DNA of 64,000 nucleotides, taken from NCBI RefSeq assembly GCF_006345805.1, contig NC_043000.1, forward strand, positions 16,740,001 to 16,804,000, given 5' to 3'. Position numbers and translations under genes: made by a program. Source of the stretch: Octopus sinensis (lineage: Eukaryota). The first letter of the stretch is position 1. Each line of letters begins with the position of its first letter. Below, piece by piece: positions 13,201 through 25,685 of this stretch. The notes beneath the pieces were generated by a model. It ran no database searches. It was not told the DNA's origin and saw nothing but the letters and a program-made list of their open reading frames with translations.

Positions 13201-13368
13201 ATGTAATGATGAACAAACTAAGGTTGAACATTTAAAACAATAAAAGGCTGCAAAATGTGAGACAATGTCTGAAAATAACATAATTATATATATAGAGCAC
13301 AGGCTACAAACACAGACTGCAGGAATATGGGGAGTAAGAAGCACACGTGAAAGGGGTCAATATTTTAC

Positions 13369-13401
13369 TGGTCGCTTTGATGTGAGCAGGATGGCACACA
13401 G
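13369..13401 (-). CDS. Candidate 33-nt microexon (CVPSCSHQSD), phase 2 to 2
   Basis: tttgttgttgcttctctccag|C...CA|GTAAAA; frame-preserving. Confidence 0.4.
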
Positions 13402-13441
13402 CTGGAGAGAAGCAACAACAAAGCTGCATTATATATATATA

Positions 13442-13490
<49 letters not shown>

Positions 13491-14835
13491 ATGTGCAATC
13501 ACACACTGCTACTACTACTATTACTACTAAAATCACACAACTACTACATATACTACTGGAGGAGTTAAGAAGGAAGAAGACATTTTAATATTTCAAAGAA
13601 CAGTTTCTTATTTAGCTACAAGGCCAACAATTTTGAGGGCAGGCTTAGTTGTCCACAATGATCTCAGTATCTACTGGCACTCTATTTTATTGATCCCAGA
13701 GAGATGAATGACAAAGTGACCTTCATGGTGGTTTAGAACTCAGAATGTAGATAACTAGAACAAAAACCACAGGGCAAATTTGGTCCATTGCTCTAATGGT
13801 TCTGTCAGACAGGGGATTAGCTAAGTCCTTAGTGTTGGGGATTGAAAAAAAAAAAATCTTGTGGCATATATTTCAGGCTTTTTAAAAAATTCTGAATTCA
13901 AATCTTGCCAAGATCAACTTTTCCTTTCATTCCTCCAGGATTGATAAAATAAAATACCAGTCCACTCAAGTTCAATGTAATTGGCCAAACCCTTCTTCAC
14001 CCCCACCCAATTGTTGGCTTGTGCCTAAAGTAGAAAATATCTCAAAGCATTAAGTGTATCCTGAAGAGCATCACACAGGCACCTCTTAACTCTTCCCATG
14101 GCATAGACACTGAAACATGCCTGTGCACCACAAACACGTATTTTGCCAAGTAAAAATCTGAATACACGGTAAGTGAACCTTAAATCACAAGCATTCTCTA
14201 AAACACCAACGCACGAATCAACTGCACCTTTATTTATCTTATGATCGTGAGGTTGTGAGCTCGAATCCCGGACCGGGCTGCGTGTTGTGTTCTTGAGCAA
14301 GGCACTTTATTTCACGTTGCTCCAGTTCACTCAGCTGTAGAAATGAGTTGCCAAGCTGTATCGGCCGTTGTCTTTCCCTTGGATAACACTGGTGATGTGG
14401 AGAGGGAAGGCTGGTATGCATGGGCGACTGCTGGTCTTCCATAAACAACCTCGCCCGGACTTGTGTCTAGGAGGGTAACTTTCTAGGTGCAATCCCATTG
14501 TCTGTGTCGTGACCGAAGGGGGTCTCCGATAGACACCTGTCCTATGTATTCACCTTATATAACCATCTCAACTGCAGAAAGCAGTTTTCTTTTTTGTACC
14601 AATCTACTTTTTGTTGAGGTATGTTAAGTTTGAAACTATTTTTCAATGAGATGTATCAAGTTTATTGAGGCAACATAACTTGCAGAAAAAATACCAATTC
14701 TATTTTTTGGTAGATTTTTAACATCATTATTGGAACATCTATGAAATTTAATTACAGTTACAGGGTTAATTTCTAGTGTTGAAGACTTTGTACAAATCCT
14801 CCTTTCCCAGAACTACATACTTCTGGATCATACCT

Positions 14836-14868
<33 letters not shown>

Positions 14869-16276
14869 ATGTGAAGGGGCAGGGCCTAGTGGTTACAGTG
14901 TTGCACCCACAATCTAGTGATCATGAGTTCGATTCCTAGACCAGGTGAGCAAAACACTTCATTTCACATTGCTCCAGTCCACTTGACTGTAAATAAGTAA
15001 ACTTGCAATGGAATAGCCTTCTGATCAAAGGGGAAAGTCAGCTTGCTTACCTACCCAGCAGGGTGGCATCATTTGAAAACTAAAACAATGCAAAGTGCAT
15101 TGTGATCAGTGATGTATAACTACATCTCATAGTCTGGTTGATATCATGATGATACTGTGACATGCATATATATTTGTAAATTTGAGCAAATGCTTTTACT
15201 TTATTCAGTTATTCTGAATTTCCTAGTCTTGGACAGCATTACCAGGTTATGTGTATTAACCTCTTCTGTGTAAGACCATCAAATAACTAGGATGTTGAAA
15301 CACACACAGAGCAAAATTCATTGATATAAATGTCCTACAACTCAAATGGCTGTTGGAGGCTTTACTGAAGTTTAAATGCTTTTAGATTCTATTAAATTAT
15401 TAGATTCTATTCTTGACAGCTTAACTTACTGGCCCGGTCAGTCAGACCCATTTTGAAGCTGATTCATTTGGAGTGTTAGCCTTTCTTGGTAAGTTGCAAT
15501 TGCTTTCAGTTCTTCATCACAGAAGCAATACCTTCCCAAATGTATGCTATAATGGTAGCATAGATAAAAACTTCTAGAGGGCATCAACAGGACAAAACCA
15601 ACGGAGTCAGTAGGTTCTATAACTAATTCAAAAATATTATTTCTACTCTAAAGACAGGCCTTTTTACAAGAGAAAAGAGAACAAACGTGTTATTAAATTC
15701 TGTAAAATATAATGAATAATTGCCATACAATTATATATATAGTCTTCTGGAGATTGAATTAGTCTCTTTTTATACTAATATATGAGGCCAGTAAATTGTC
15801 TGAGTTATCTTAAAGGATGTTTATTGGCTATAGGTGAAATCATAAATCCAAAACAGAATAGTTCCAACTGGAAGCTGAAACTACCAATTGACTGTCTAAT
15901 TGTTCTTTCAAATCAAATTACTCTAAGTAAAACTGACTTGCGAAAAGCTTTTACAACCAGTCTACAACATTTGCAGTGCAACATTCAAAGTATCCCTTTT
16001 TGAACCAGTGTTTCAGTGCAGATGAGATAAATAGATAAGAGGCAAACCTTCCATAGATAGAACATTAGTTTCTTACTAATGAACCTCTCCCAGAGAAACC
16101 TTAGTAACCTATTCCTTGTAGTGAAGTGAATTAAAGTTATGTAGAATGATGTGTCAGCAAAACAACCATCTACAACAGTATTATAATGTGTTAGTTACCT
16201 ACAACTACTTCCAGTGACCCATATACAACACCACTGACACCAAACATGCAATCAGCCTTTGCTTCCTTTCGCTCAC

Positions 16277-16312
16277 ACAATGTTATTTATTATGGCAGCT
16301 ACTTGTAGCAGG
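16277..16312 (-). CDS. Candidate 36-nt microexon (LLQVAAIINNI), phase 2 to 2
   Basis: ttttgatgcacgcttgcag|C...GT|GTGAGC; TGCATG at 16245-16250 downstream. Confidence 0.45.
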
Positions 16313-17285
16313 CTGCAAGCGTGCATCAAAACATGTAAACATTATCAGGAAGGAAGGTTGAGCAATAAAAACAAACAACATGGAAAAACTTTAATTAAGT
16401 TAAGGACAAACACAGAGAAAATAAAGATGTATAAGAAGGTGAAAGTTAGTTTAAGAGTTACCTTTTCCATTTTAGTTTGCTATGGTTGAAAAAACAGAAG
16501 ATCAACTTCAGAAACAGGGTTAAAATAAATTTCAGGAGAGTGGGATGGGAGATCAGAAAATTGGTGCAGAATTCAGGGTGAAAAGGTTACAGGGGTGTCA
16601 AACATTGTCAAAATAGGGTTAATTACTTAAATGAATACACTAAATTATACCGAAAAATATACTGAAATATTTTGATCAAATTTTCTTAATTTTTATTTGA
16701 TGCATATTGTGTATGTGTGCATGTGAGTGTTAGTGTGCAGCTGGCATTAGTTTGGGTGATTCCTGTGAGTGTACTCACATGTTTGTGTTTTACCTGTACC
16801 TAACTTCTGAAAGACTCCATACGATTTCAGGTATGTATGGGTAAAAATATTAAATTAGTGGAGGCACATGGCCTAGTGGTTAGAGCAGCGGACTCGCGGT
16901 CGAGGGATCATGGTTCGAATCTCAGACTGGGCAATCTGTGTGTTTATGAGCGAAACACCTAAGCTCCACGCGGCTCCAGCAGAAGGTAACGGTGAACTTC
17001 TGCTGACTCTTTTGCCACAACTTTCTCTCACTCTTTCCTCCTGCATCTTGCAGCTCACCTGTGACGGACCGGTGTCCCATCCAGGTGGGGAACCTATACG
17101 CCAAGGAAACCGGGAAACCGGCCCTTATGAGCCAGGCATGGCTAGAGAAGGAACAAACAATATTAGATTAAATGCTGTGATAATGGGAAAACCCCCATTT
17201 TAATTCCTACTAACGACTTTTTACTTTTGGTTACTGAGCAACTTTTCACAGCTACCTCTTCAAAGAGTTTCAAGCTTGTTGATTA

Positions 17286-17319
<34 letters not shown>

Positions 17320-18103
17320 GATGATGATGGGTACTGTGGTTTGATATGAATTTGCTGGTGAACCATATCCATACCCAAATTATGATTGTCAATTGAAACC
17401 ATATTCAGTTGGTTTCTAATACACTTAAAAAAAGGCATGAATGTTACAACCTTCCATTTTATTTCATATATGTATATAAAACTTGAGAAAATATGCCTTT
17501 TTTTTTTTTATTAAACTTTATGTTCTCACATTAATTAGCTTGTGTTGTGACACTGAAGATTCTACACAACAAGACGTCATGTAGAACAAATGAAAGTGCC
17601 CAGTACAATCCACAGAATAAACAACACCTGTGTAATTAATTTGGCAGTGTTAATTCTGAAACCGGATTTTCAAATGTAAGAGTTTATTTAGTAACACTTC
17701 AACTGCACCAAAATCAACAACTACAGGCTATTAATTGTAACAACAGCGGTAAAACAGACATTCAAACCAAAACTGTCAAAAATGCAAGAGAATAACAGCC
17801 AATAGCAAATGCTGGCAGATTTAACAGCATTTTAAGAGTTCATCAGGTTATTGGCACAAGAAGAAAAGCAGATTTAGGTATTGAGTTAATAACACAAAAA
17901 ATACACAAGGGTTTGATGAAAGAAAATGGAAAACCCTGTCACAAAAATCATGGTTGCTACAGCAATGAAAATTTAGTTAAAAGTTCTGCATTCTTAAGCA
18001 TTGTTTAATGAAATTCAAGGCAAAACTTTGTTTGTGTGTATGTGTGAGTGAGTGAGTTTTTTTTTTTTTTTTCTTTTCAGAAGTAGGAAGTCTGTAAACT
18101 AAC

Positions 18104-18279
18104 CCTGAGTAAGTTGGGGTGCGGTCAACAGCCACGTTATCGGGGTCAAAACTTGTGTTGAAGGAAGAGCCACTGTACGAACTATAACGAGAACTCTCCA
18201 TTGTGTTGTTCAGATAACGGTTGTCAGGATGACTAGCATATGTATGACTAATAATCTGGTGTTCAAGGTAGTCTTGTTG
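18104..18279 (-). CDS. Ank2: Ankyrin linker exon G (QQDYLEHQ...SFDPDNVAVDRTPTYSG), 176 nt, phase 0 to 2
   Basis: Acceptor ttctttattccttgcag|CAA, donor GG|GTTAGT. DNVAV...P.YSG matches the conserved pre-ZU5 DNVAL...PIHSG segment and joins the ZU5 exon in frame. Confidence 0.92.
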
Positions 18280-21066
18280 CTGCAAGGAATAAAGAAATGG
18301 AAGCTGTTGAAAGCAATGTCAATGATGCCACAGAAACGCTGTAGCAGAATACAATGGCAAATAGTTCCATCTAAAGAGGATACAGTCATGACAATTTTGC
18401 ACCAAAGCATTTATTTAAAAGTGAAGAATTTACAGCAACAATGGCATAGAACAATTATTTCTTTAAAAGATCTCATTATACAGAATCATTGAGAGAGATT
18501 TTAAGAAACATGTTAACAAATGAAGAAAAATTAGGCAACGTTTAAATCCATTTGAAGCTATTAAAAGGCAGTTTAGTGAAATTAATTTACCAATTATTTA
18601 TGTGAGTCAGAAGAAGACTTATTAAATGTATGATTTATGAAGTAAAATGAATCATTCTTGTTCAAGATTAAATTAGATAATAATAAGTTTAAACTTAACA
18701 CACACTTCAAAAAAAAAAAAAAAGAATTAAAAAAAAATAAATAAACACAAGCAAAAGGAAAAAAAAATAAACCCCTGAAAAATAGTACAAGAATGAGAAG
18801 TGGATTTATTTAAAAATATTTTTATGATGAAAAAAGAAGAAAAAAAAAACTAAGACATTCATAAAAAAGACAGGAAAAATAATTTAAATATCACAAGTTA
18901 AAGATTATTATGAAATAAAAAAAAAAAGGGGAAATCATTTGAACGAAGAGAAGAAAAAAGGGTTGAATTCAATGTATAACAGTACAGTACTATTTATGTT
19001 GGATACTGTATAGTAGTGTATATCTCCACTATTGTCCTACAGTAGTATTATGTATGTTCTAATAGAATGTAATACTAGCAGGGCAGGGGCCTTCAACCAC
19101 TGGGCTGTGCAGAAAAAATTATAAAGTTTTATTCCTATTTTATTTTTACCATCATAATCTGCAGGGTGTTTTTGGACTATATATGTAATTATTAAATAAT
19201 ATATCACACCCTTTATTGTGTTTTGATGTGTGTGGTCCCCTGGTCTGTGGAAAAAACTGTCTTGTATGATACTGGTGCATGGTGCAAAAATGGCTAGGGA
19301 TCACAGCAGTGGAGGAACTGTAAATATATACTTCTGGATTTTAACATTACTGTATAGTATTGTACTTTTACGCCTTATATCTACACAGTACTATAAAATA
19401 CTATATCCTAACAATGCTTATATAACACTACTATTTGTATTGTATTGTATTGTATTATATTATATAAAACCCAACATATATGGTACTATACATGGTTAAC
19501 ACTAGTACACATTTAGTATGTTAGTAATTAATATAAGTTTAGATTAGAAATACTACAAAGATTAAAAATGCAACAACATAATATAAGAATACAACAGGAT
19601 CGTTGTCACGGAAGTCTGTATGAAAGGATTTATATTTAAATATATAAATGAAAATGTTTGAAAGAGAGAGAGAGATAGAGAGAGAGAAAGAGAAAGAGAG
19701 AGAGAGAGACTTCTCTGTTGATTGAGGAAAAATTGTTAGAATAAAATGGTAGAGCAAAACTGGAGAAAGATTAAGAAAAACTAAATGAAATTAAGTTTGG
19801 TTTGGTTTCAGCATTTCTTGTTAACTATATTGAAAAAGAAATCTTCCATCATATTAGTTTACTGAAGGAATGAGTTCGCAACGCTTTTGCAGATGGGAGG
19901 GGAGAAAACACACACACACACACACATACGCACACACAATTTCCTGAAATACTGGTTTCAGACAAGAAGGATAGAGCGAGATATTTTTGGTGAGGGAATT
20001 GTCCATGAAATTGATTCCGGTTAGACTGATATTTAATTTCAGTGACCCCCACCACAAAGATGTATTAAGTAAGGGATATAATGTCTTGTCTCTTACACTC
20101 AGAAACTATAATAAACAAACGTATTTCTTTCCCTATTTCTCTGTCCTACTAGAAGGGATTTCTGCAGGGTCGGCAATATATTTCAAAATAAGACAATAGA
20201 TAGATAAATAAATAAATAAATATGAACAAATGTAGGGTGGGGGTGGGGGAAATCCAGAGTGTGAGGAAATACTTTTAATAGTAGCACTACAACCCTTTCA
20301 ACAAGAAAATATGACAGGCATGTTGGTTTCTCTTAAAAGAGTATCATTTATTTACATGTGACAAACAGATATGTGTCTTAGTAAGGTACAAACACACACA
20401 TATGTGTTACTGTAAATAATCCAAGGGCTTATTTAAAGCAAAACCTGTTAATTAAACACTTTAGCAGGTCTGGTGCAAATCTGCCACAAAGAAAGTGGAT
20501 CCAAATAGTCTACGGTATTTACTCATAGTTGATTATCTTTATTCACAGTGACATCTTTACTCATGATTAATCACCAACTATAAGAGGTTTCCTCTCATAT
20601 CTGACAAAACATTACAACAAAGAAAACAGAACAGTTAGTATTTGAATTTGAAAATATAGAACTGAACTGTGATCTTAAGCTAAAATTGAACTCATATCAG
20701 CAGCTTTCTGGATTTACTACAATTTAAAAAATTTTTTACTAAATTTTTTCAAATTTTTAGAAATTAAATTTTAACTCAGGATTTGAACATCCACAGAAAA
20801 GATCATCCACTCTGCTCAATAATTGACCAAACTAATTTAAAGGATATTTTGACTTTAAGGGAAGAGTAGGGGACTCAACTAAAGGTTTAGTTAAAGACAA
20901 TTCAAAAAGCACAATGATCCATAGAGTTGGAGTTGTGTCTTGATTTTGGCAACTATCACAGAAAATGTGATTTTTTTTTCAGATAGCTACCCAAGGAACT
21001 GAGGCAATATGCAGTCCACAGTGGGTAACTTTCTCTGAAAACATTGGCACTTCTTCTGGATAATAC

Positions 21067-21171
21067 CTGAGAAACTGAAACAGTGTACTGGGTAATTCTC
21101 CTAGAAAATGCAGGTGCCTGTCTTGGACAGTTACCTGAGAAACTGAAGTGATGTAGAATTAAGTGTCCAAC
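21067..21171 (-). CDS. Candidate 105-nt cassette exon (VGHLILHHFSFSGNCPRQAPAFSRRITQYTVSVSQ), phase 0 to 0
   Basis: cctcatttcattgtgtctttcag|GTT...CAG|GTATTA; open frame fits the F-G intron phase. Confidence 0.35.
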
Positions 21172-22178
21172 CTGAAAGACACAATGAAATGAGGGTTAGG
21201 GAGGGTAATAGCAGGGGGTTGTATGAACTCAGAAATCCCAAATTGGTAGTAGCTCATCTGACACCATTCATCGCTTGGCTACATGCTGATATCAATAGAA
21301 ACATATGGAAGAACTAGAGCTACAAGAAGACAAGGGACAGGATGTTAAGAAAGAGAGCAGGGAAGAAAAGGCGGAGGAGGAGGAGGGAGGGCAGAAACTA
21401 CAAGATGGCAAAGATGTCACATGAAATAGAAGACAGAAAAAACAATCCCAAGAGTTAAGCACATGTCACAAAATGCAGCAGCTCTAAGTCAAATTCAAAA
21501 TGCTACATGCTATTTCATAACCGATTTGCATGCAGCCAGCAGCAGCAACAGCAGCAGCTGTTCTTGTAACAGTTGTACAATCTGGTAGTTTGCACCACTT
21601 CCAACAAGGATAAAGTTAGAATACAGAATTGGTTAGAGAGATTAACTGGTTGGAGTTGGGTAGGTTTCTATGTGTGAGTATATAAACAAGTGTGTGAATT
21701 TGTGTGTATATACATATGAGTATATTCCTGTACGAATGTGTGAGAACGTTCATGTATATGAATAGGAATGTGTGTATGGGTGTGCTTGTATGCATGTCTT
21801 TGAAGGTTTAAGTATGTATATATAAGTATATATGTACTTTCGGGGTCGATAAATTAAGTACCAGTTACGCACTGGGGTCGATATAATTGACTTAAACCCT
21901 TTGTCTGTCCTTGTTTGTCATCTCTGTGTTTAGCCCCCCAGTGGGCAATAAAGAAATATATATATATATAAGTATATAAGTACTATGTACGTATACCATA
22001 TACACACTGTGTGTGTGTGCATGTGTCTGCATGTACCATATATACACTGTGCATCAGTGCAAATATGATACAAGTGAGTTGCAAGTATTTTATTCACAAG
22101 TTAGTTGTGGTTTCTTCTGGAGCACAAGATGTGAAGATGTTCTGCTATTTGAGCAAAGCAGGGTCTTGTAAGAATATT

Positions 22179-22735
22179 CTTTTCTACTCTAGGCACAAGG
22201 CCCGAAATTTGGGGTGGGGTTGGGGGGCAGTCGATTAGATCGATCCCAGTATGCAACTGGTACTTAATTTATCAACCCCAAAAGGATGAAAGGCAAAGTC
22301 GACCTTGGTGGAATTTTAACTCAGACAGACAAAATACCACCAAGCATTTCGTCTGGTGTGCTAACATTTCTTATTTCTTTACTGCCCACAAGGGGCTAAA
22401 CACAGAGGGGACAAACAAGGACAGACAAACAGATTAAGTCGATTATATCGACCCAAGTGCGTAACTGGTACTTATTTAATCGACCCCGAAAGGATGAAAG
22501 GCAAAGTCGACCTCAGCGGAATTTGAACTCAGAACGTAGCGACAGATGAATTACCGCTAACGTTTCTGCCAGCTTGCCTTAAAATTTTTTTTTCTTTCCG
22601 CTTACAGCACCTAGGTTTCCCAAGCGGTCACCCATCTAAGTACTAACTAGGCTTGATGTTGCTTAACTTCGGTGATCGGATGAGAACCGGTGCTTTCGTG
22701 ATATGGCCGTAAGCTAATGTTTCTGCCAGCTCACT
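22179..22735 (-). mobile_element. Nested composite: older family A SINE interrupted by a 5S-SINE chimeric insert
   Basis: Outer 16-bp direct repeat gtcttgtaagaatatt (22163-22178 and 22736-22751); inner 12-bp repeat gctaaYRtttct (22360-22371 and 22713-22724). Confidence 0.75.
22600..22714 (-). pseudogene. 5S rRNA retropseudogene, near full length
   Basis: Reverse complement GCTTACGGCCATATCACGAAAGCACCGGTTCTCATCCGATCACCGAAGTTAAGCAACATCAAGCCTAGTTAGTACTTAGATGGGTGACCGCTTGGGAAACCTAGGTGCTGTAAGC matches metazoan 5S, with a small deletion and transition decay. Followed by an A-rich linker rather than a T-run terminator. Confidence 0.93.
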
Positions 22736-23134
22736 GTCTTGTAAGAATATTACCAACTGTGATACTGTTTGTAGTGTGTATATAATAGTCCCTTCAGGGA
22801 TAAAAATTTCCATGTGTATGTGCATGTAATGTTATGCACATGTGATATGCATGTGCTATGGAAGTGAATGTGGTATATGTATGTACTGTGTATGTGAAGA
22901 TGTGTGTTTAGAATGAGTGTAGAGTTAAATATAGATAAGGATATGCATGTATAATTCCATATATACAAACCACAAAATAAAACCAGAAAAAAAATCCCCC
23001 AATAACACAAGCAAAAGGTAAAAAAAAAAAATCCCTAAAAAAAAACCTTCAGAAAATCAAGCAAAAACTAGAACACAGGCACACCTACCCACACACAACC
23101 ACACAGAGATCAAGTTTGGAAGGAGCGTGAATAC

Positions 23135-23341
23135 CTTGGGTATAGAATCGTCTGGTAGAAATCTGAAGTCACTTCCAGTGTCGGTGGCAATGCTACCGGT
23201 CAACTCTCCTTGATAGACCACGGCTTCAGTGCGCGGTGCCACTGATTGACTGATCATGGTGTCGCGATACACCGGGCCAGCCTCTCGGCCATAGCGAAAT
23301 GATTCCCGGGCATATATGTCTTCAGCAAAGTAATCTCCTTT
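23135..23341 (-). CDS. Ank2: Ankyrin linker exon F (KGDYFAEDIYARESFRYGREAGPVYRDTM...FLPDDSIPK), 207 nt, phase 0 to 0
   Basis: Acceptor ttaccag|AAA, donor AAG|GTATTC; 69 open codons, CpG-rich. Confidence 0.85.
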
Positions 23342-23689
23342 CTGGTAATTAATTAATTAATTGACAGGGGGAATTGCAGCCAGTGATCATTTATAGATTT
23401 CATTATCATTTACAAACATATTTATACATAGCGCAGTTTTTTTTTTTTATATACAGAAATGACCAAACAAACAAACAAATAAAAAAGGAAGAAACAACAA
23501 TAACAAACAGAAGTAGAAAGCAATGCAAGCAAATGTAGGAGCTAAAATGAGAGGAAAATAAAAGTAAGAAAGAAAAGACTCAGTTTGGAAATTAATTTTT
23601 TGTGTGTGGATTCTGATGGAAATATGTCTGTATCTACTCTTGCTGTATAAATCTGAAGATTATCTTTGAAAAATTATATTTTGCATAAT

Positions 23690-23945
23690 TTACCTAAATA
23701 CTTCGTTTTTGGATTTGGTTTGCAAGATTCTTTACATGAGTTTGTGTGTTGAAGCATATTCTGTTGTGTCTGGGGAGAGTCATTTTCTTTTTGTGCCTTA
23801 TAATGTAACACACTCACCGGTAAAATAGTCTTGACTTTTGAAAAGGTTGCAAGATGCAACGAAAATTTTAGGAAAATAAAAATAAGAAATAAGTGGAAAT
23901 TTTACCGGTGAGTGTGTTACATTATAAGGCACAAAAAGAAAATTA
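23690..23945. mobile_element. Penelope-like element end with inverted duplication; small related fragment at about 40515-40563
   Basis: Perfect 45-bp inverted repeat 23782-23826 / 23899-23943 around a hammerhead-like stem. Family assignment is inference. Confidence 0.4.
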
Positions 23946-24673
23946 CCTAAATACATTTTATCTATTTGAATTTGTTTAAATGCCTGTCTAAGCTGGAGGA
24001 GAATCTATAAGCTCACTAGTCTGTCTTAGCTGGAGAATTCTGTTAAAGACTACAGCCAAATTTTGTTGTGCAGTTCAGAACTGCAGAAAACCCTCAATCA
24101 TAATTAGATAGTTAAAAAAAAAAAAAATCTTGTTCAGAACTTAGCCTTTGAATTAACTTGACCTTAACATTAAGTTCAAAGGAAAAGAAAATCAACAGAA
24201 TTTGGTTCAAATTCAGCAATGAATATTTCATTAGGTTAAAGTTCAGAGCTGAAGTTTGGATTAGGAAAAATTTTGTTCCATATTAGAAAAAGTTTATATC
24301 AAGTTTCAGTAAATACCTAGTGCCAACTTTGGCCCAAATCTTATTATGAGTCGAAACCAAATCTATGCCAAACTCATATCAGACTTTAAATAAAAACCTG
24401 ATTCAATTAGAGATAAAAATGTGATTGAATGAAATAATTCAAAGTCTATGAGGATATTTTCTTCCAACATGACAATGACATTAGCTAAAAAGTGCCAAGA
24501 TATTCTTAGAAAACTCTAAGGTAGTTATCAAAGAAACAACCATTCATCTTCAAATTATCATTTGATGGTCTGAAAAATATGTTCTGAACAACTATAGAAA
24601 GTGTTTCTACACTCAGCTGGCCCTTAACCACTAGTGATAACTTAAAGTTATGTGTATTTTTAATTAGGTTTAC

Positions 24674-24742
24674 AAGCAAGGTTTGAACATTTGAGTATGG
24701 AGGTAACTGTACAGTATGATCGTGGCTACCATATCTCTGCTC
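24674..24742 (-). CDS. Candidate 69-nt cassette exon (EQRYGSHDHTVQLPPYSNVQTLL), phase 0 to 0
   Basis: ttattttgggtttag|GAG...CTT|GTAAAC; composition resembles the other linker exons; splice sites only moderate. Confidence 0.35.
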
Positions 24743-25299
24743 CTAAACCCAAAATAAGCTTTTACTTTTTCTTCCTTTCAGGAAATGGTAGTAGTGGTGT
24801 TTGTAGTGGTTGTGTAGTGATTGGATTAGTGGCTGTTTCTCTCTATCAAAAGAATCTGAAATTTACCTAAATATTACGGAAGAAATTAAGACATCAGCAA
24901 ACAAAATACTAGTGGCACCAGTTGGAGTCACATCTGGATATGACTAAACAGGTCAGATTTATGAAATCTATCTTTAATGTGAAAGTGGGTTGCAGAAACA
25001 TACAATTAGCAACTAGATGACCATTTCATAATATCATATATATATATATATATACAGGTATGTATGTATATGTATCCTATGATCGTTTAAAAGATTATAA
25101 GAGCTGTGTACAAGTCTGAGCAGGTGGGAAAGGCAACTGGTTGACATTCATGCAGTGTTCCCTACCCTCTTCTCCACAATGCAGGTGTAGTCCAATGTAG
25201 AACATTATAACTTGGTATCAGCAACATCAAATGTGCTGCCTGAACTGTGAATAGTATTATACCACTCAAACGATTATAGCTCTGAATTTCATTTTAAGA

Positions 25300-25685
25300 A
25301 TTTACTTTTGGAACTCATGGAAGAGGAAGACCCAAGAAGACATGGAACAAAGTACTGAAGAATGACCTCAGGACACTGAACCTTTTGGAAGAGATGACAA
25401 AAGACCAAGATATCTGGCATCTTCCTGTACTCAAGAAGACCCATCCACTGCAGCAGAAGCATTAAGGCTGCTCCCATTAATGAAGGGGATTGGCTTGCAA
25501 GAGTCCTGTGTGGTGCCATGTAAAAAGCACCAAGCACACACTGTAAAGAAGTTGGCATTAGGAAGGGCATCCAGCTGTAGAAACCAGGCCAAATCAGACA
25601 GGAACCTGGTACAGCTCTCCAACTCTCTGGTCAAACTGTCCAACTCATGCCAGCATAGAAAATGAATGTTAAAGGATGATGATGT
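25300..25685 (+). mobile_element. RTE-clade LINE C-terminal fragment plus RTE-type retroposon tail
   Basis: GRGRPKKTWNKVLKNDLRTLNLLEEMTKD..W, then ttggcattaggaagggcatccagctgtagaaac...gatgat. Confidence 0.7.
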
